A stretch of DNA of 64,000 bases from Chitinophagales bacterium (lineage in GTDB: Bacteria > Bacteroidota > Bacteroidia > Chitinophagales > LD1): assembly GCA_046329575.1 (NCBI GenBank), contig JAXLUJ010000017.1, forward strand, positions 4,891 through 68,890, in the 5' to 3' direction. Below are positions 10,497 through 19,987 of this stretch, piece after piece. Position 1 is the first letter of the stretch. Every line of letters begins with the position of its first letter. The position numbers and the translations under genes were made by a program. The notes beneath the pieces were generated by a model. The model made no database searches, was not told the origin of the DNA, and saw nothing but the letters and a program-made list of their open reading frames with translations.

Positions 10497-11639
10497 TTAT
10501 TTTAGCACTAACCGAGAGGCGTTGCTTGCCGATAACTGACGCAATTGACGACCTTCTGTAGCCTCCTTAGGGAGGCTACCTTTTTTTAGAGCGCCGATGG
10601 CGCTCAACCGAGAGGCAATTGCCGCCTCCTCCTCAGCAATTAATGGAATGTTCCGGAATGCCTGATCATTTTTATACAAGGCATAGATGATAACCAGTAA
10701 TTTCTTTTGTACGGCTACATAACTTTTCATTTTTTCATGATGCCGCTCGTACGTTCTCATAAACAGTTGAATAAATGGAGTTAACCGGTATCGTACTACG
10801 TTGAAAGCTGGCATATACAATGCTCTTCGGATCCGACTGTTTCCCCGCTTGGATATCTTTGTTTTCCCCACTCTTTTACCGGAACTATTCTCCACCACAT
10901 CATAACCACTATAACTTACTAGCTGGCGACTGTTATGAAATAAATCGAAGCCATTGGTTTCTGCTATAACTACAGCTACGGTGAGCATCCCTAGTCCTTT
11001 GATCGCGGCAATGCGTTCTACCTTTTCAAATACTTCCGCATTGGACATTAGCTGCTTTTTTATCAGTTCATCCACTTGCGCCACTTGCTTGTCGATATGA
11101 GCCAATGTAGCCTTCAACTGCTTTACTACGCTGTGGATAACGTACATCGCTGCTTCTAACGAAAGTAACTGATTGGATAATTCTGTGCGAATCTCCTGAA
11201 GGCGTTGATGTTGGCGGGTTAAAGTGCGTAAGTGAAAGAAGAACGGACTCATTGGCGTCCATTCCGGCAATGCCTGCTCACAAATCATTTGCGCCAGCCC
11301 CTGAGCATCTGATTTATCTGTTTTGGTTTTAATGCCGATTGCTTTTATGTAATCCTTGGCTCGATTAGCCAGAATTACAGATACCCGATATTTTTTCTGT
11401 GAAAAGAACAGCGCACAATTTTCATAGTACACCCCTGTAGCTTCCATCCCTATAGTGAGCCCTACATCCTTTTGTTTGTGATGTTTTGAAATCCAGCTTT
11501 CAAGGAACTGAAATCCGGCTAATGTGTTATTAAATTTTGTACTTGCCACCACTTTAACCCGTTGTGTGGCATCAATAGCGCTCATGCAGGCACGGCACTC
11601 TTTTGACCCAATGTCAATACCAACAGCATACTTCAACAT
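10497..11639 (-). CDS. IS110-family DEDD recombinase/transposase
   Basis: GIDIG, MEATG, KTDKSDA (DEDD RuvC-like); C-terminal IKGLG, NSSGK, GNSRIRRALY; ORF uninterrupted. Confidence 0.95.
   Translation of the reverse strand: MLKYAVGIDIGSKECRACMSAIDATQRVKVVASTKFNNTLAGFQFLESWISKHHKQKDVGLTIGMEATGVYYENCALFFSQKKYRVSVILANRAKDYIKAIGIKTKTDKSDAQGLAQMICEQALPEWTPMSPFFFHLRTLTRQHQRLQEIRTELSNQLLSLEAAMYVIHSVVKQLKATLAHIDKQVAQVDELIKKQLMSNAEVFEKVERIAAIKGLGMLTVAVVIAETNGFDLFHNSRQLVSYSGYDVVENSSGKRVGKTKISKRGNSRIRRALYMPAFNVVRYRLTPFIQLFMRTYERHHEKMKSYVAVQKKLLVIIYALYKNDQAFRNIPLIAEEEAAIASRLSAIGALKKGSLPKEATEGRQLRQLSASNASRLVLK
10558..10587 (+). terminator. Terminator-like hairpin antisense to the IS110 transposase 3' end
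   Basis: GTAGCCTCC-TTAG-GGAGGCTAC-C-TTTTTTT. Confidence 0.6.
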
Positions 11640-11689
11640 TTTGATGTTTTTTAAATGAACAAAAAGCCGCAGAAAACTCCCCTTTCATC

Positions 11690-11897
11690 TTCCTCACTCA
11701 TAGAATAGTTCGTATAGGCCAAAAACGCCTATCGATTAGGTACTATCGGGAATCCAAAAGAGAAAACAGGTGCAGATTAACCTGCCATAGAGCGTCAATG
11801 CGCGTGCGGAAAGCTCAAGTTGCTGCACCCGTTTTTCTACTCACACTAAGATAAAGAGATACTTCTAATGCGATTCAAAGCTCTTTTTTATCTATTG
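11690..11897 (-). ncRNA. Putative bridge/seek RNA of the IS110 element
   Basis: About 260-nt non-coding end; stem 11761-11775/11823-11838 encloses a 9-nt match to the target flank (11806-11814); 10-nt match to the element end (11738-11747) next to hairpin 11714-11732; -7 box TATCTTTG at 11902-11909. Boundaries are estimates. Confidence 0.72.
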
Positions 11898-11909
11898 CCT
11901 GCAAAGATA

Positions 11910-12128
11910 TGAGCGGAAAGCCCGGAAGGCCGCAGCAAAATAATTACGAATGAAAAATTACGAATTACGAAGCCTGGAAACGGCGATAACCAAATCCGGC
12001 TACTGTATAGAAAGGAGGCACACTTAATTCGTAATTTGAATTCGTAATTCGCCCAGAACGAAGACGCAGCAAAGCTTTTATGGCCACCCGCGGCCTGAGG
12101 ACTTGCAGCGGATAGCGCGGTTGCCGCC
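11910..12128 (+). repeat. Dispersed structured repeat, copy 3 (interrupted by IS110; 5' part at 10445-10460)
   Basis: GAGCGGAAAGCCCGGAAGGCCGCAGC...inverted AATTACG heptamers...GCGGCCTGAGGACTTGCAGCGGATAGCGCGGTTGCCGCC; ends nearly identical to 63759-63982. Confidence 0.9.
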
Positions 12129-12145
12129 ATAAAAATTGCCAAAAA

Positions 12146-13465
12146 TCAGAGTATTCCGGGAATCATTTTGTACGGCACATTCCGGCAATATGCTTCCCAG
12201 GCGGGGCCGTATTTATTGCGACATTTCATATCGTCGCGGAAGGCGCGGTGCACCAATAAGATAGTAAGGAAAACAACGTAGAAGAATGGCGCAAAAAATG
12301 CGAATCCGGTGGCACAGCTCCAGAAAAATGCGGAAAGCAATTCGGGGATATAATGAAAATGACGGCTTACACCCCAGAAACCGGAAGCGAGGAGTAAATT
12401 CTTTTTCTTTTTGCCGTCTTCAGTAGTGTATTCGGCTTCGATTAATACGGGAGATTTACCCCAAATGGTAGTGTTTCCATTGGTGCTGCGCACGATCTGC
12501 CGCTGATAATCGGCCCAATAGTTCATCCAAATGGCCACCAAACCGAGTGTAAAGATGACAGCGGCGGCCACAGCGCTTAATCCAACAGGGTGATGCACCA
12601 TGAACATTACCGGAGAAGTATAAATAGCGGGAACCCACACCAGGCAGCCCCAGCAGATGTAGTAACCGGCGCGATCAACCTGAATATCCATACTTTTCAT
12701 ATAGCCTTCTTCCCAGATGAAAAATTTTAGGAGATAGATCCAGATCAATGCGGCGGAAATGATAATGCTCCAATCCGCAGCGCCATAAATTTCTTTTTGT
12801 GCAAAAGCGAAGGAAACCACGGCTAAACTCCAGCCGATCATACCAAAGCGGCAATTCGTGAATTGCTTTACATCCCATCCCCATATTCGTGGAAACAGTT
12901 CGGTGCCCCAATAATAATCGAAAACAAAATTTCCGGTGCTGGAATTATCGGAAGACGATGGCGCGAAGCGGCCTTTGAAGTAGAGCAGCAAACAGAATAT
13001 CAAGGCTGTAAAATTGAGAGCGCCCAAAATATCGCCGAAGTGCGTGAAGATGATGCCCGGGCTGAACCATTTCAGGCCTAATGAACAACCAAAGTACAGC
13101 GCAAAAGTGAGCAGATAAGCGGCCAGACCGTTATCGGTATACACCGGTACATTTCCTTTTGGTGTAATCGTACCTTCGTATTTGCGGCCGGGCAGCAAAC
13201 GCATGAACAGCAGTTGCAGTGCGGCAAAGCTTCCTATCATCTTCCAGGCGGTTAAGGATCCGAAAAAGCGCGACAGCCAAACCTCAGAAAGAACCGTGAG
13301 AAATCCTTTTGATGTGAGTTCATTAAGCAGGGCCGTAAGACTACCATCAAGTTCCACATTGGTATGCCAGAACAGCATGGCGAAGGGCGGCGTTACCAGC
13401 ATTAACGACAGCGGAACAAACGTTCGGGTAAAGAAGTTTTCGGGGGTAGAAGCGAAACCTGACAT
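12146..13465 (-). CDS. 7-dehydrocholesterol (sterol delta-7) reductase-like, ERG4/ERG24 family
   Basis: TPKGNVPVY, DYYWGTELFPR, DVKQFTNCRFGM, DRAGYYICWGCLVWVP, LLASGFWGVSRHFHY, HRAFRDDMKCRNKYG; start likely MSGFAS at 13465. Confidence 0.9.
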   Translation of the reverse strand: MSGFASTPENFFTRTFVPLSLMLVTPPFAMLFWHTNVELDGSLTALLNELTSKGFLTVLSEVWLSRFFGSLTAWKMIGSFAALQLLFMRLLPGRKYEGTITPKGNVPVYTDNGLAAYLLTFALYFGCSLGLKWFSPGIIFTHFGDILGALNFTALIFCLLLYFKGRFAPSSSDNSSTGNFVFDYYWGTELFPRIWGWDVKQFTNCRFGMIGWSLAVVSFAFAQKEIYGAADWSIIISAALIWIYLLKFFIWEEGYMKSMDIQVDRAGYYICWGCLVWVPAIYTSPVMFMVHHPVGLSAVAAAVIFTLGLVAIWMNYWADYQRQIVRSTNGNTTIWGKSPVLIEAEYTTEDGKKKKNLLLASGFWGVSRHFHYIPELLSAFFWSCATGFAFFAPFFYVVFLTILLVHRAFRDDMKCRNKYGPAWEAYCRNVPYKMIPGIL

Positions 13466-13520
13466 GTAACCGTATTTGTTGCGAGTATAAACTAAATGAA
13501 CAGGATTTAATGTTTGAAAA

Positions 13521-14930
13521 TCAGCATTCAGGCAAACTGATAGGTACCTGACCGGCCAGTCCGCCATCGGCGGTTTCTTTGTATTTAGAATTCATATCGA
13601 GCGCGGTTTCCCACATGGTTTTAATAACGGCATCCAGCGATACTTTAGCCATGGCCGCATCGCCCTGAAGGGCGAGTTGGGAGGCTGTAATTGCCTTAAT
13701 AGCGCCCATAGTATTGCGTTCAATGCATGGGATTTGCACCAAACCGCCGATGGGGTCGCAGGTCATACCCAAATGATGTTCCATAGCAATTTCGGCAGCT
13801 TGCATTACTTGATTGGGGTCGCCGCCGGCGCATTCGGTGAGCGCACCTGCAGCCATTGCGCTGGAAACGCCGATTTCGGCCTGGCAACCACCCATAGCGG
13901 CGGAAATGGTGGCGCCGCGTTTAAAGAGCGCACCAATTTCTGATGCCGTAGCCATGAACCTGACTACATCAACGGGTTTGCCACCGGCAAAAAGTTGCTG
14001 ATAGAGCAAGGCAGCGGGAATCACACCGGCCGCGCCATTAGTGGGCGCGGTAACTACACGGCCAAATGCGGCATTTTCTTCGTTTACTGCCAGTGCGAAG
14101 CAACTCACCCAATTCAATACATCGTGGAAGGTAGAGGAGGTGCGAATTACATTCAGCCATTCTTCCCGGTTAGTATAAGTTTTTCCACGAAGTAACTTTT
14201 GGTTCATAGCCGCTGCCCGGCGCGCCACGTGAAGGCCACCGGGTAGCGTGCCGGAAGCATGACAGCCGCGGTAGATACAATCGAGCATGGTTTCCCAGAT
14301 TTGCTCAATTCCGCTCAGGGTCTGGGTTTCAGGGCGCCAGGCTTTTTCGTTTTCCAGAACCAGTTCGGAAATACTGATGCCCGCGCCCATGCAGTTTTGG
14401 AGCAACGTATCGGCATCATAAACTTCGTAACGAAGTGGAACGGCATGTTTGGAAGCGCCTTCTTCGCCTTCTTTCACTACAAAACCGCCGCCTATGCTGT
14501 AAAACGTTTCTTCATGAATATGATCGGCAAAAAATGCTTTAAAAGTTACTGCATTTGGATGATAGGGAAGTGATTGTTGTTTTAAGAACAGCAGGTCTTT
14601 TTCGTAAGAAAAGGGAATACGGTGGGTTCCGGCCAAAAAAATCTGATTGTTGTTCTTGATATCGTCGATAAATGCGGTAAGCCGGGTAGTATCGAAGGTT
14701 ACGGGGTCCTGACCAGAAAGCCCCATCAGAATAGCGATGTCTGTTCCGTGGCCTTTGCCGGTTTTTGCCAGTGAGCCAAACAACTGAACTTCCACTCGAA
14801 TAATGCCGCCAAGGTTAGCGGTTTCGCGCAGGAACCGTTCGGCGGCGCGCCAAGGGCCCAGGGTGTGAGAACTGCTGGGGCCAACACCAATTTTAAAAAT
14901 ATCGAATATGGAAAGAGGTTCGTGCTGCAT
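13521..14930 (-). CDS. sdaA: L-serine ammonia-lyase (Fe-S type)
   Basis: [54 protein letters not shown]. Confidence 0.96.
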   Translation of the reverse strand: MQHEPLSIFDIFKIGVGPSSSHTLGPWRAAERFLRETANLGGIIRVEVQLFGSLAKTGKGHGTDIAILMGLSGQDPVTFDTTRLTAFIDDIKNNNQIFLAGTHRIPFSYEKDLLFLKQQSLPYHPNAVTFKAFFADHIHEETFYSIGGGFVVKEGEEGASKHAVPLRYEVYDADTLLQNCMGAGISISELVLENEKAWRPETQTLSGIEQIWETMLDCIYRGCHASGTLPGGLHVARRAAAMNQKLLRGKTYTNREEWLNVIRTSSTFHDVLNWVSCFALAVNEENAAFGRVVTAPTNGAAGVIPAALLYQQLFAGGKPVDVVRFMATASEIGALFKRGATISAAMGGCQAEIGVSSAMAAGALTECAGGDPNQVMQAAEIAMEHHLGMTCDPIGGLVQIPCIERNTMGAIKAITASQLALQGDAAMAKVSLDAVIKTMWETALDMNSKYKETADGGLAGQVPISLPEC

Positions 14931-15424
14931 TATCGTAAGCGGAAACCGAGTTTTGGAAAATGGTTGAGGATCAGATCAACAACAACTTTATCAATAGGTA
15001 AGTTCAGATCGGCTTCATGCTTTAGGTCGGTGATGTCCACCCATCGGAAGGCTACGGCATCTTTTCCCGGAGGCGGCATTTCAAAATCGAAGCGGGTGCC
15101 GCTGGTTTGCACCTGATGCCATTGTGGCGATTGCACCAGGTAATAAATGCTAATCAGCTGACTGTTATTATCGAATGCTGAAGGCTGGAAGAAATCGGTA
15201 GTATAAAAATGGTCGGTTACGATAACATCAATACCGGTTTCTTCTTTGAATTCGCGAATCAGGCAATCGATAGGTCCTTCACCAAGTTCCAAACCACCGC
15301 CCGGAAATTTGGTGGCTTTTCGACCATTGGTAAACACTTCATCGGAAACCAGAATCTGATCATTTTCGTTCATCAGTAGTCCGTAAACGCGTACATTAAA
15401 CCGTGTAAGTGAAGCACCATCCAT
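14930..15424 (-). CDS. NUDIX hydrolase
   Basis: NUDIX box [23 protein letters not shown]. Confidence 0.92.
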   Translation of the reverse strand: MDGASLTRFNVRVYGLLMNENDQILVSDEVFTNGRKATKFPGGGLELGEGPIDCLIREFKEETGIDVIVTDHFYTTDFFQPSAFDNNSQLISIYYLVQSPQWHQVQTSGTRFDFEMPPPGKDAVAFRWVDITDLKHEADLNLPIDKVVVDLILNHFPKLGFRLR

Positions 15425-15478
15425 ATTTCAAATAAGGTTCGATTTTCGGGGATTTACAAATAGGAACTATATAAAAAG

Positions 15479-15507
15479 AAAAAGCCTCACCGAAGTGAGG
15501 CTTTTTC
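15479..15507. terminator. Bidirectional intrinsic terminator
   Basis: AAAAAGCCTCAC-CGAA-GTGAGGCTTTTT. Confidence 0.88.
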
Positions 15508-15524
15508 TGATTCTTTGGAACGAA

Positions 15525-16775
15525 TTATTCTACAATGAATTTTTTCACTGCACTGTTCTTAACACCATTCACGCGGGCGAAATAAACGCCTTTGGTAAGG
15601 TCGTTCACCGAAATGCTGATGTTTGTTTTTTCTTCAGCCATCACGGTTTTTACTTTACGACCTAATTGGTCGAGAATATCTACTGATTTCATTTCTTTTC
15701 CGGAAGTAATGTGGAGCATTGAAGCTGTTGGATTTGGAGAAAGGGTAAGGTCGGCAGTTTCAATTTCAGCGATACCGCTTACGTAAGCAGGATTGCAGAG
15801 GATGCGAGTGTAGAGGAAAGCTGCGGTTTCATCACGAATTTCAGTAAGCGCTGCTAAACCTGCGGCACCGGAGGCGGCAAAAGGCGGGTGGCTGCTACCG
15901 GCGTACTGATGGTAGAAATTGTATGTTCCTACGGCATCGGCATAAGGGTGCATTACACGGCCACCGCTGAGGTTAGGAAGGTAAGAGATACCCAGCGGGC
16001 TGCCCGTGCTATCCGGAACAGTTCCGTCGTCATGCGAATGCCATTCGGCAAAAGGCACATCATTGCTTCCGATCCAGGTTACATCGCCAATAGCGCCTGC
16101 GTAGGAAACCACAGCTTTAACGGTTGAAGGATAGCCGGGATTTCCGCTACTTCCTTCAAAGCCGCCGGTTTGGCCGGCCCATGTACGCCAGTCGGTTGGA
16201 ATCACATCGTTCGAATCGAGATAAGCTAAGTGAATACCAAGAACCGCGCCGGCAGAGGTGCCGCCAAAGAAGATTTGATTCGGATCAATCTTATAAGTAT
16301 CGGAAGTAGCCGCATCTTTACGGAAGAAACGCACTGCAGCCTTTCCATCCTGAGCGGCGGCGATTACTTCTTTCACCATTTTTTCTTTAGCCGTAGCGGC
16401 ATTCGCAAGGGCCAAAGCGCTTTGCAGACGGTATGAAATTGAAGCGCAAACATAACCACGCGCCGCCATTTCGCTACAATAGTAAATCATATCATCATCT
16501 CTTTTTGTTCCGCCGATGAACGAGCCGCCGTGGGCATAAACGATAAGCGGACGATGGGCCATAGTATCATTTTTAGGCACATAAATGTCCATTACCAAAT
16601 TGATCATGGTAGTGCCGTCCTGCGTGCTGAGGTTGGAGCCATATTGCACATCTTTGATGGTATCTACCTGAAATTGAGCGGTAGTGTAACGGCCGCTCGG
16701 GCATTGTGCCGAGGCCGTTTGCATTTGAGCCACGAAGGCTACGCATGCTAAAACTGTAGTGTAAATTTTATGCAT
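15525..16775 (-). CDS. Secreted alpha/beta-hydrolase (carboxylesterase) with T9SS type-A sorting domain
   Basis: Signal peptide; HGGSF oxyanion motif, GTSAG nucleophile, DGTVP; C-terminal SPNP...DQLGRKV...KGVYF...KKFIVE. Confidence 0.88.
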   Translation of the reverse strand: MHKIYTTVLACVAFVAQMQTASAQCPSGRYTTAQFQVDTIKDVQYGSNLSTQDGTTMINLVMDIYVPKNDTMAHRPLIVYAHGGSFIGGTKRDDDMIYYCSEMAARGYVCASISYRLQSALALANAATAKEKMVKEVIAAAQDGKAAVRFFRKDAATSDTYKIDPNQIFFGGTSAGAVLGIHLAYLDSNDVIPTDWRTWAGQTGGFEGSSGNPGYPSTVKAVVSYAGAIGDVTWIGSNDVPFAEWHSHDDGTVPDSTGSPLGISYLPNLSGGRVMHPYADAVGTYNFYHQYAGSSHPPFAASGAAGLAALTEIRDETAAFLYTRILCNPAYVSGIAEIETADLTLSPNPTASMLHITSGKEMKSVDILDQLGRKVKTVMAEEKTNISISVNDLTKGVYFARVNGVKNSAVKKFIVE

Positions 16776-16811
16776 CTGTTAATTTTAAATTTTTTCGAAG
16801 TTACATTTTTC

Positions 16812-18854
16812 TTAACGGATACTACTGCCGTTTACCGTTAAATTTTCAGGTTTAACGAATATTAATTTGCCTTCGCTTTCGGCAAGAAGTATCATACCTT
16901 TTGATTCGATACCGCGGATTTTTCGCGGAGCAAGATTGGCCACTACGCAAACTTGTTTCCCCAGTACTTCTTCCGGTTGGAAATGCTGTGCAATGCCGGA
17001 AAGAATAGTTCTGGTTTCGAAGCCTAAATCAACTGTAAATTTGAGCAGTTTGTCGGCTTTTTCCACGCGTTCGGCAGTGAGGATGGTTCCCACTCGCAAA
17101 TCCAGTTTCGCAAAATCATCGATGCCTATTTCAGGTGTGTGATTTGCTGCTGCTGCCGGAGTTTCCGCGGCCGGATTTGTTGATTTTGCCGTTTGGGCAT
17201 GCAATTTTTCCAGTTGATGGTCCATTTGTTCGTCTTCAATTTTTTGGTACAATAAAACGGCCTTGCCAAGCTGGTGGCCCGGCTGCAACAAGGTTTGTTT
17301 TCCGGCATCGTTCCACTCCAGTTGTTTTTCTTTTAACTGTAACATATCCCGAAGTTTTTCGGCCGTGAAAGGCAAAAAGGGCTCACAAAGAATAGCCAGA
17401 TTGGCAATGATCTGCAGGCAATCGTAGAGTACAATTGCGGTTTGTACACGATCGGTTTTAATCAGTTTCCAGGGTTCTTTTTCGCTTAGCATTTGATTGC
17501 CATGCCGGGCGATATTCATTACCTCGGCCAATGCTTCGCGGAAACGATATGCTTCGATGGCAGTACTAATCTTTTCCTTCTGTTCTGAAATGAACTTTTC
17601 AAGATCGCTGCATGGCGAAGCCGGAGGAACTTTATTTTCAAAATACTTCTCAGTAAGCACCATCACGCGGTTCACGAAATTGCCGAATATGCTTACCAAT
17701 TCGTTGTTCACTCGTGCCTGATAGTCTTTCCAGGTAAATTCGCTGTCTTTGGTTTCGGGTGCTATAGAAGTAAGTACGTACCGAAGTTCATCCTGCTTAT
17801 TGGGAAAATCCTGAAGGTATTCGTGTAACCACACGGCCCAGTTTCTGGAGGTCGATATTTTCTTTCCTTCCAGATTTAAAAATTCGTTGGCAGGAACATT
17901 ATCGGCCACAATAAAACCGCCATGTTCCATGAGCATGGCCGGGAAAATGATGCAATGGAAAACGATATTGTCTTTCCCGATGAAATGCACTAGCCGAGTA
18001 TCTTCGTCGCACCAATATTTCTTCCAATCATTTGGCAGCAGTTCGATGGTGTTTGACAGGTAGCCGATAGGCGCATCGAACCAAACGTACAGTACTTTTC
18101 CTTCGGCTCCTTTTACCGGAACGGGAATACCCCAGTCGAGGTCGCGCGTCATGCTTCGGGGCTGTAGTCCATCGCCTTGTTCGAGCCAGCTTTTGCATTG
18201 GCCATACACATTTACTTTCCAATCGGTATGGCGGTTAAGGTATTTTTCGATTTGAGGTTGTAGTTTGTCGAGCGGCAGGAACCAATTTTTTGTTTTACGC
18301 AAAACCGGTGGCGTTCCGCTCAGTGTAGAATGCGGTTTAATGAGATCAGTAGGAGAAAGTGAAGTGCCGCAATTCTCACATTGATCGCCATACGCATTTT
18401 CGTTGCCACATTTCGGACATGTACCTACAATGTAGCGGTCAGCCAGAAATTGTTTAGCTTCTTCATCGTAATACTGATCGGTTTCCTGTTCAATGAATTT
18501 GCCATCATCATACATTTTCCGGAAAAAATCAGAGGCGGTTTTATGGTGAGTGGCGCTGGTAGTTCTGCCGTAAAAGCTAAAGTGAATACCGAAATCATGA
18601 AAGGCATTTTTCATGATATGATGGTATTTATCTACAATTTGCTGAGGACTGCAATTTTCTTTTCGGGCAGAGATCGTAATTGGCACGCCATGTTCATCAC
18701 TTCCGCAAATAAAGATCACATCGCGGTTATTGGCACGCAGGTAGCGCACATAAGTATCGGCCGGAAGGTAGCAACCGGCAATATGGCCGAGGTGCAGCGG
18801 TCCGTTTGCATAGGGCAATGCCGCAGTAACCGTATATCTTTTCCAATTCTTCAT
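16812..18854 (-). CDS. metG: Methionine-tRNA ligase
   Basis: [13 protein letters not shown], Zn knuckle, KISTS, C-terminal tRNA-binding OB domain. Confidence 0.97.
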   Translation of the reverse strand: MKNWKRYTVTAALPYANGPLHLGHIAGCYLPADTYVRYLRANNRDVIFICGSDEHGVPITISARKENCSPQQIVDKYHHIMKNAFHDFGIHFSFYGRTTSATHHKTASDFFRKMYDDGKFIEQETDQYYDEEAKQFLADRYIVGTCPKCGNENAYGDQCENCGTSLSPTDLIKPHSTLSGTPPVLRKTKNWFLPLDKLQPQIEKYLNRHTDWKVNVYGQCKSWLEQGDGLQPRSMTRDLDWGIPVPVKGAEGKVLYVWFDAPIGYLSNTIELLPNDWKKYWCDEDTRLVHFIGKDNIVFHCIIFPAMLMEHGGFIVADNVPANEFLNLEGKKISTSRNWAVWLHEYLQDFPNKQDELRYVLTSIAPETKDSEFTWKDYQARVNNELVSIFGNFVNRVMVLTEKYFENKVPPASPCSDLEKFISEQKEKISTAIEAYRFREALAEVMNIARHGNQMLSEKEPWKLIKTDRVQTAIVLYDCLQIIANLAILCEPFLPFTAEKLRDMLQLKEKQLEWNDAGKQTLLQPGHQLGKAVLLYQKIEDEQMDHQLEKLHAQTAKSTNPAAETPAAAANHTPEIGIDDFAKLDLRVGTILTAERVEKADKLLKFTVDLGFETRTILSGIAQHFQPEEVLGKQVCVVANLAPRKIRGIESKGMILLAESEGKLIFVKPENLTVNGSSIR

Positions 18855-18938
18855 TGGCGGTGAAAATGGTAAAAAACAGATGAAAGGGGAACTGATTCTC
18901 TTATTTTCTGTTGCGGAATTTTAATTCAGTTTTGCGAG

Positions 18939-19835
18939 ATGTTATTACGTCCGCCAGTTCTGCAAAAAGGGGATACTGTTTTATTCGTATCCACAGCACG
19001 AAAAATTTCTGAAGTTGAAATTGAACCCGCCAGGAAATTGATGGAAAGCTGGGGGCTGAAAGTAAAGCTGGGCTTAACCATTGGCCTGGAAGACCGTCAG
19101 TTTGCCGGTACCGATGCGGCGCGTTTAGCTGATTTTCAAAGCGGACTGGACAACGAAAATGTAAGGGCGATTATTTGTAGCCGTGGCGGATATGGTACGG
19201 TTAGAATGATGGACCAACTGGATTGGACTAAATTTATGTTGCAGCCCAAATGGATTTGCGGTTTCAGTGATGTGACTTATCTGCACGTTCACCTCAATCA
19301 AACCTTGGGCATTCAAACGCTTCATGCACCTATGCCGGCAACATTTGAAAGAACTACCACTGCAGCGCTGGAAAGCATGCGGTTGGCGTTATTTGAAGGG
19401 AAAACGGAGTTGCATTCGCCGGTTCACGCGCTGAACCGAATAGGAGTAGCAACCGGTACGCTTATTGGAGGGAATTTATCGATACTTTATAGCATCACCG
19501 GAACAAAATCAGGATTTAATACCGAGAATAAGATTTTAGTGTTGGAAGATTTGGATGAGTATTTGTATCACCTTGACCGCATGATGCTGAATTTAAAGCG
19601 ATCGGGCAAACTGGAACGTTTGGCGGGACTTATGGTAGGCGGATTGAGTGATATGCGCGATAATGCCGTACCATTTGGCAGAACAGCCGAGGAAATAGTG
19701 CTGGAAGCGGTAGCGGAATACAATTATCCGGTTGTTTTCGGAATGCCATTCGGTCATATTGCGGACAACCACGCCCTTATTTTGGGGCGGAAAATGACTT
19801 TACAAGTGGGAGCGACCGGAGGAGCGCTGGTGTAG
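18939..19835 (+). CDS. LD-carboxypeptidase (peptidase S66)
   Basis: RGGYG, GFSDVT, GGNL, LEDLDE, FGH. Confidence 0.92.
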   Translation: MLLRPPVLQKGDTVLFVSTARKISEVEIEPARKLMESWGLKVKLGLTIGLEDRQFAGTDAARLADFQSGLDNENVRAIICSRGGYGTVRMMDQLDWTKFMLQPKWICGFSDVTYLHVHLNQTLGIQTLHAPMPATFERTTTAALESMRLALFEGKTELHSPVHALNRIGVATGTLIGGNLSILYSITGTKSGFNTENKILVLEDLDEYLYHLDRMMLNLKRSGKLERLAGLMVGGLSDMRDNAVPFGRTAEEIVLEAVAEYNYPVVFGMPFGHIADNHALILGRKMTLQVGATGGALV

Positions 19836-19836
19836 A

Positions 19837-19899
19837 GGTGTGGTGGGTGTAGTAGGTGTGGTGGGTGTAGTAAGTGTGGTAAGTGTGGTAAGTGTGGTG
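19837..19899. repeat. Degenerate 9-bp tandem repeat (RGTGTRGTR) x about 7
   Basis: Directly visible, 1 nt after the LD-carboxypeptidase stop. Confidence 0.9.
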
Positions 19900-19987
19900 A
19901 GAGTGCTTACGTCTTGTGTCTTTTGTCTTTTTTTCTCGCTCCAGTTAAAGGTTGAGAGGGGTGTCGGTGTGTTCGAAGTTAGTTTGA

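Larger units (their letters stand above)
10461..11909 (-). mobile_element. IS110-family insertion sequence inserted in a structured repeat
   Basis: GATA core at both junctions (10457-10460, 11906-11909); subterminal IRs GCAGGTACTA / TATTGCCTGC; removing the element restores AACCGCGGCAGCGATATGAGCGGAAAGCCC, matching the intact repeat at 63759-63788. Confidence 0.9.

Noticed and set aside
11888..12142. Apparent paralogous small proteins here and at 63729-63986 (ALSAASPQAA)
   Set aside because: Similarity is explained by the DNA repeat; interiors are unrelated and there is no sign of coding constraint
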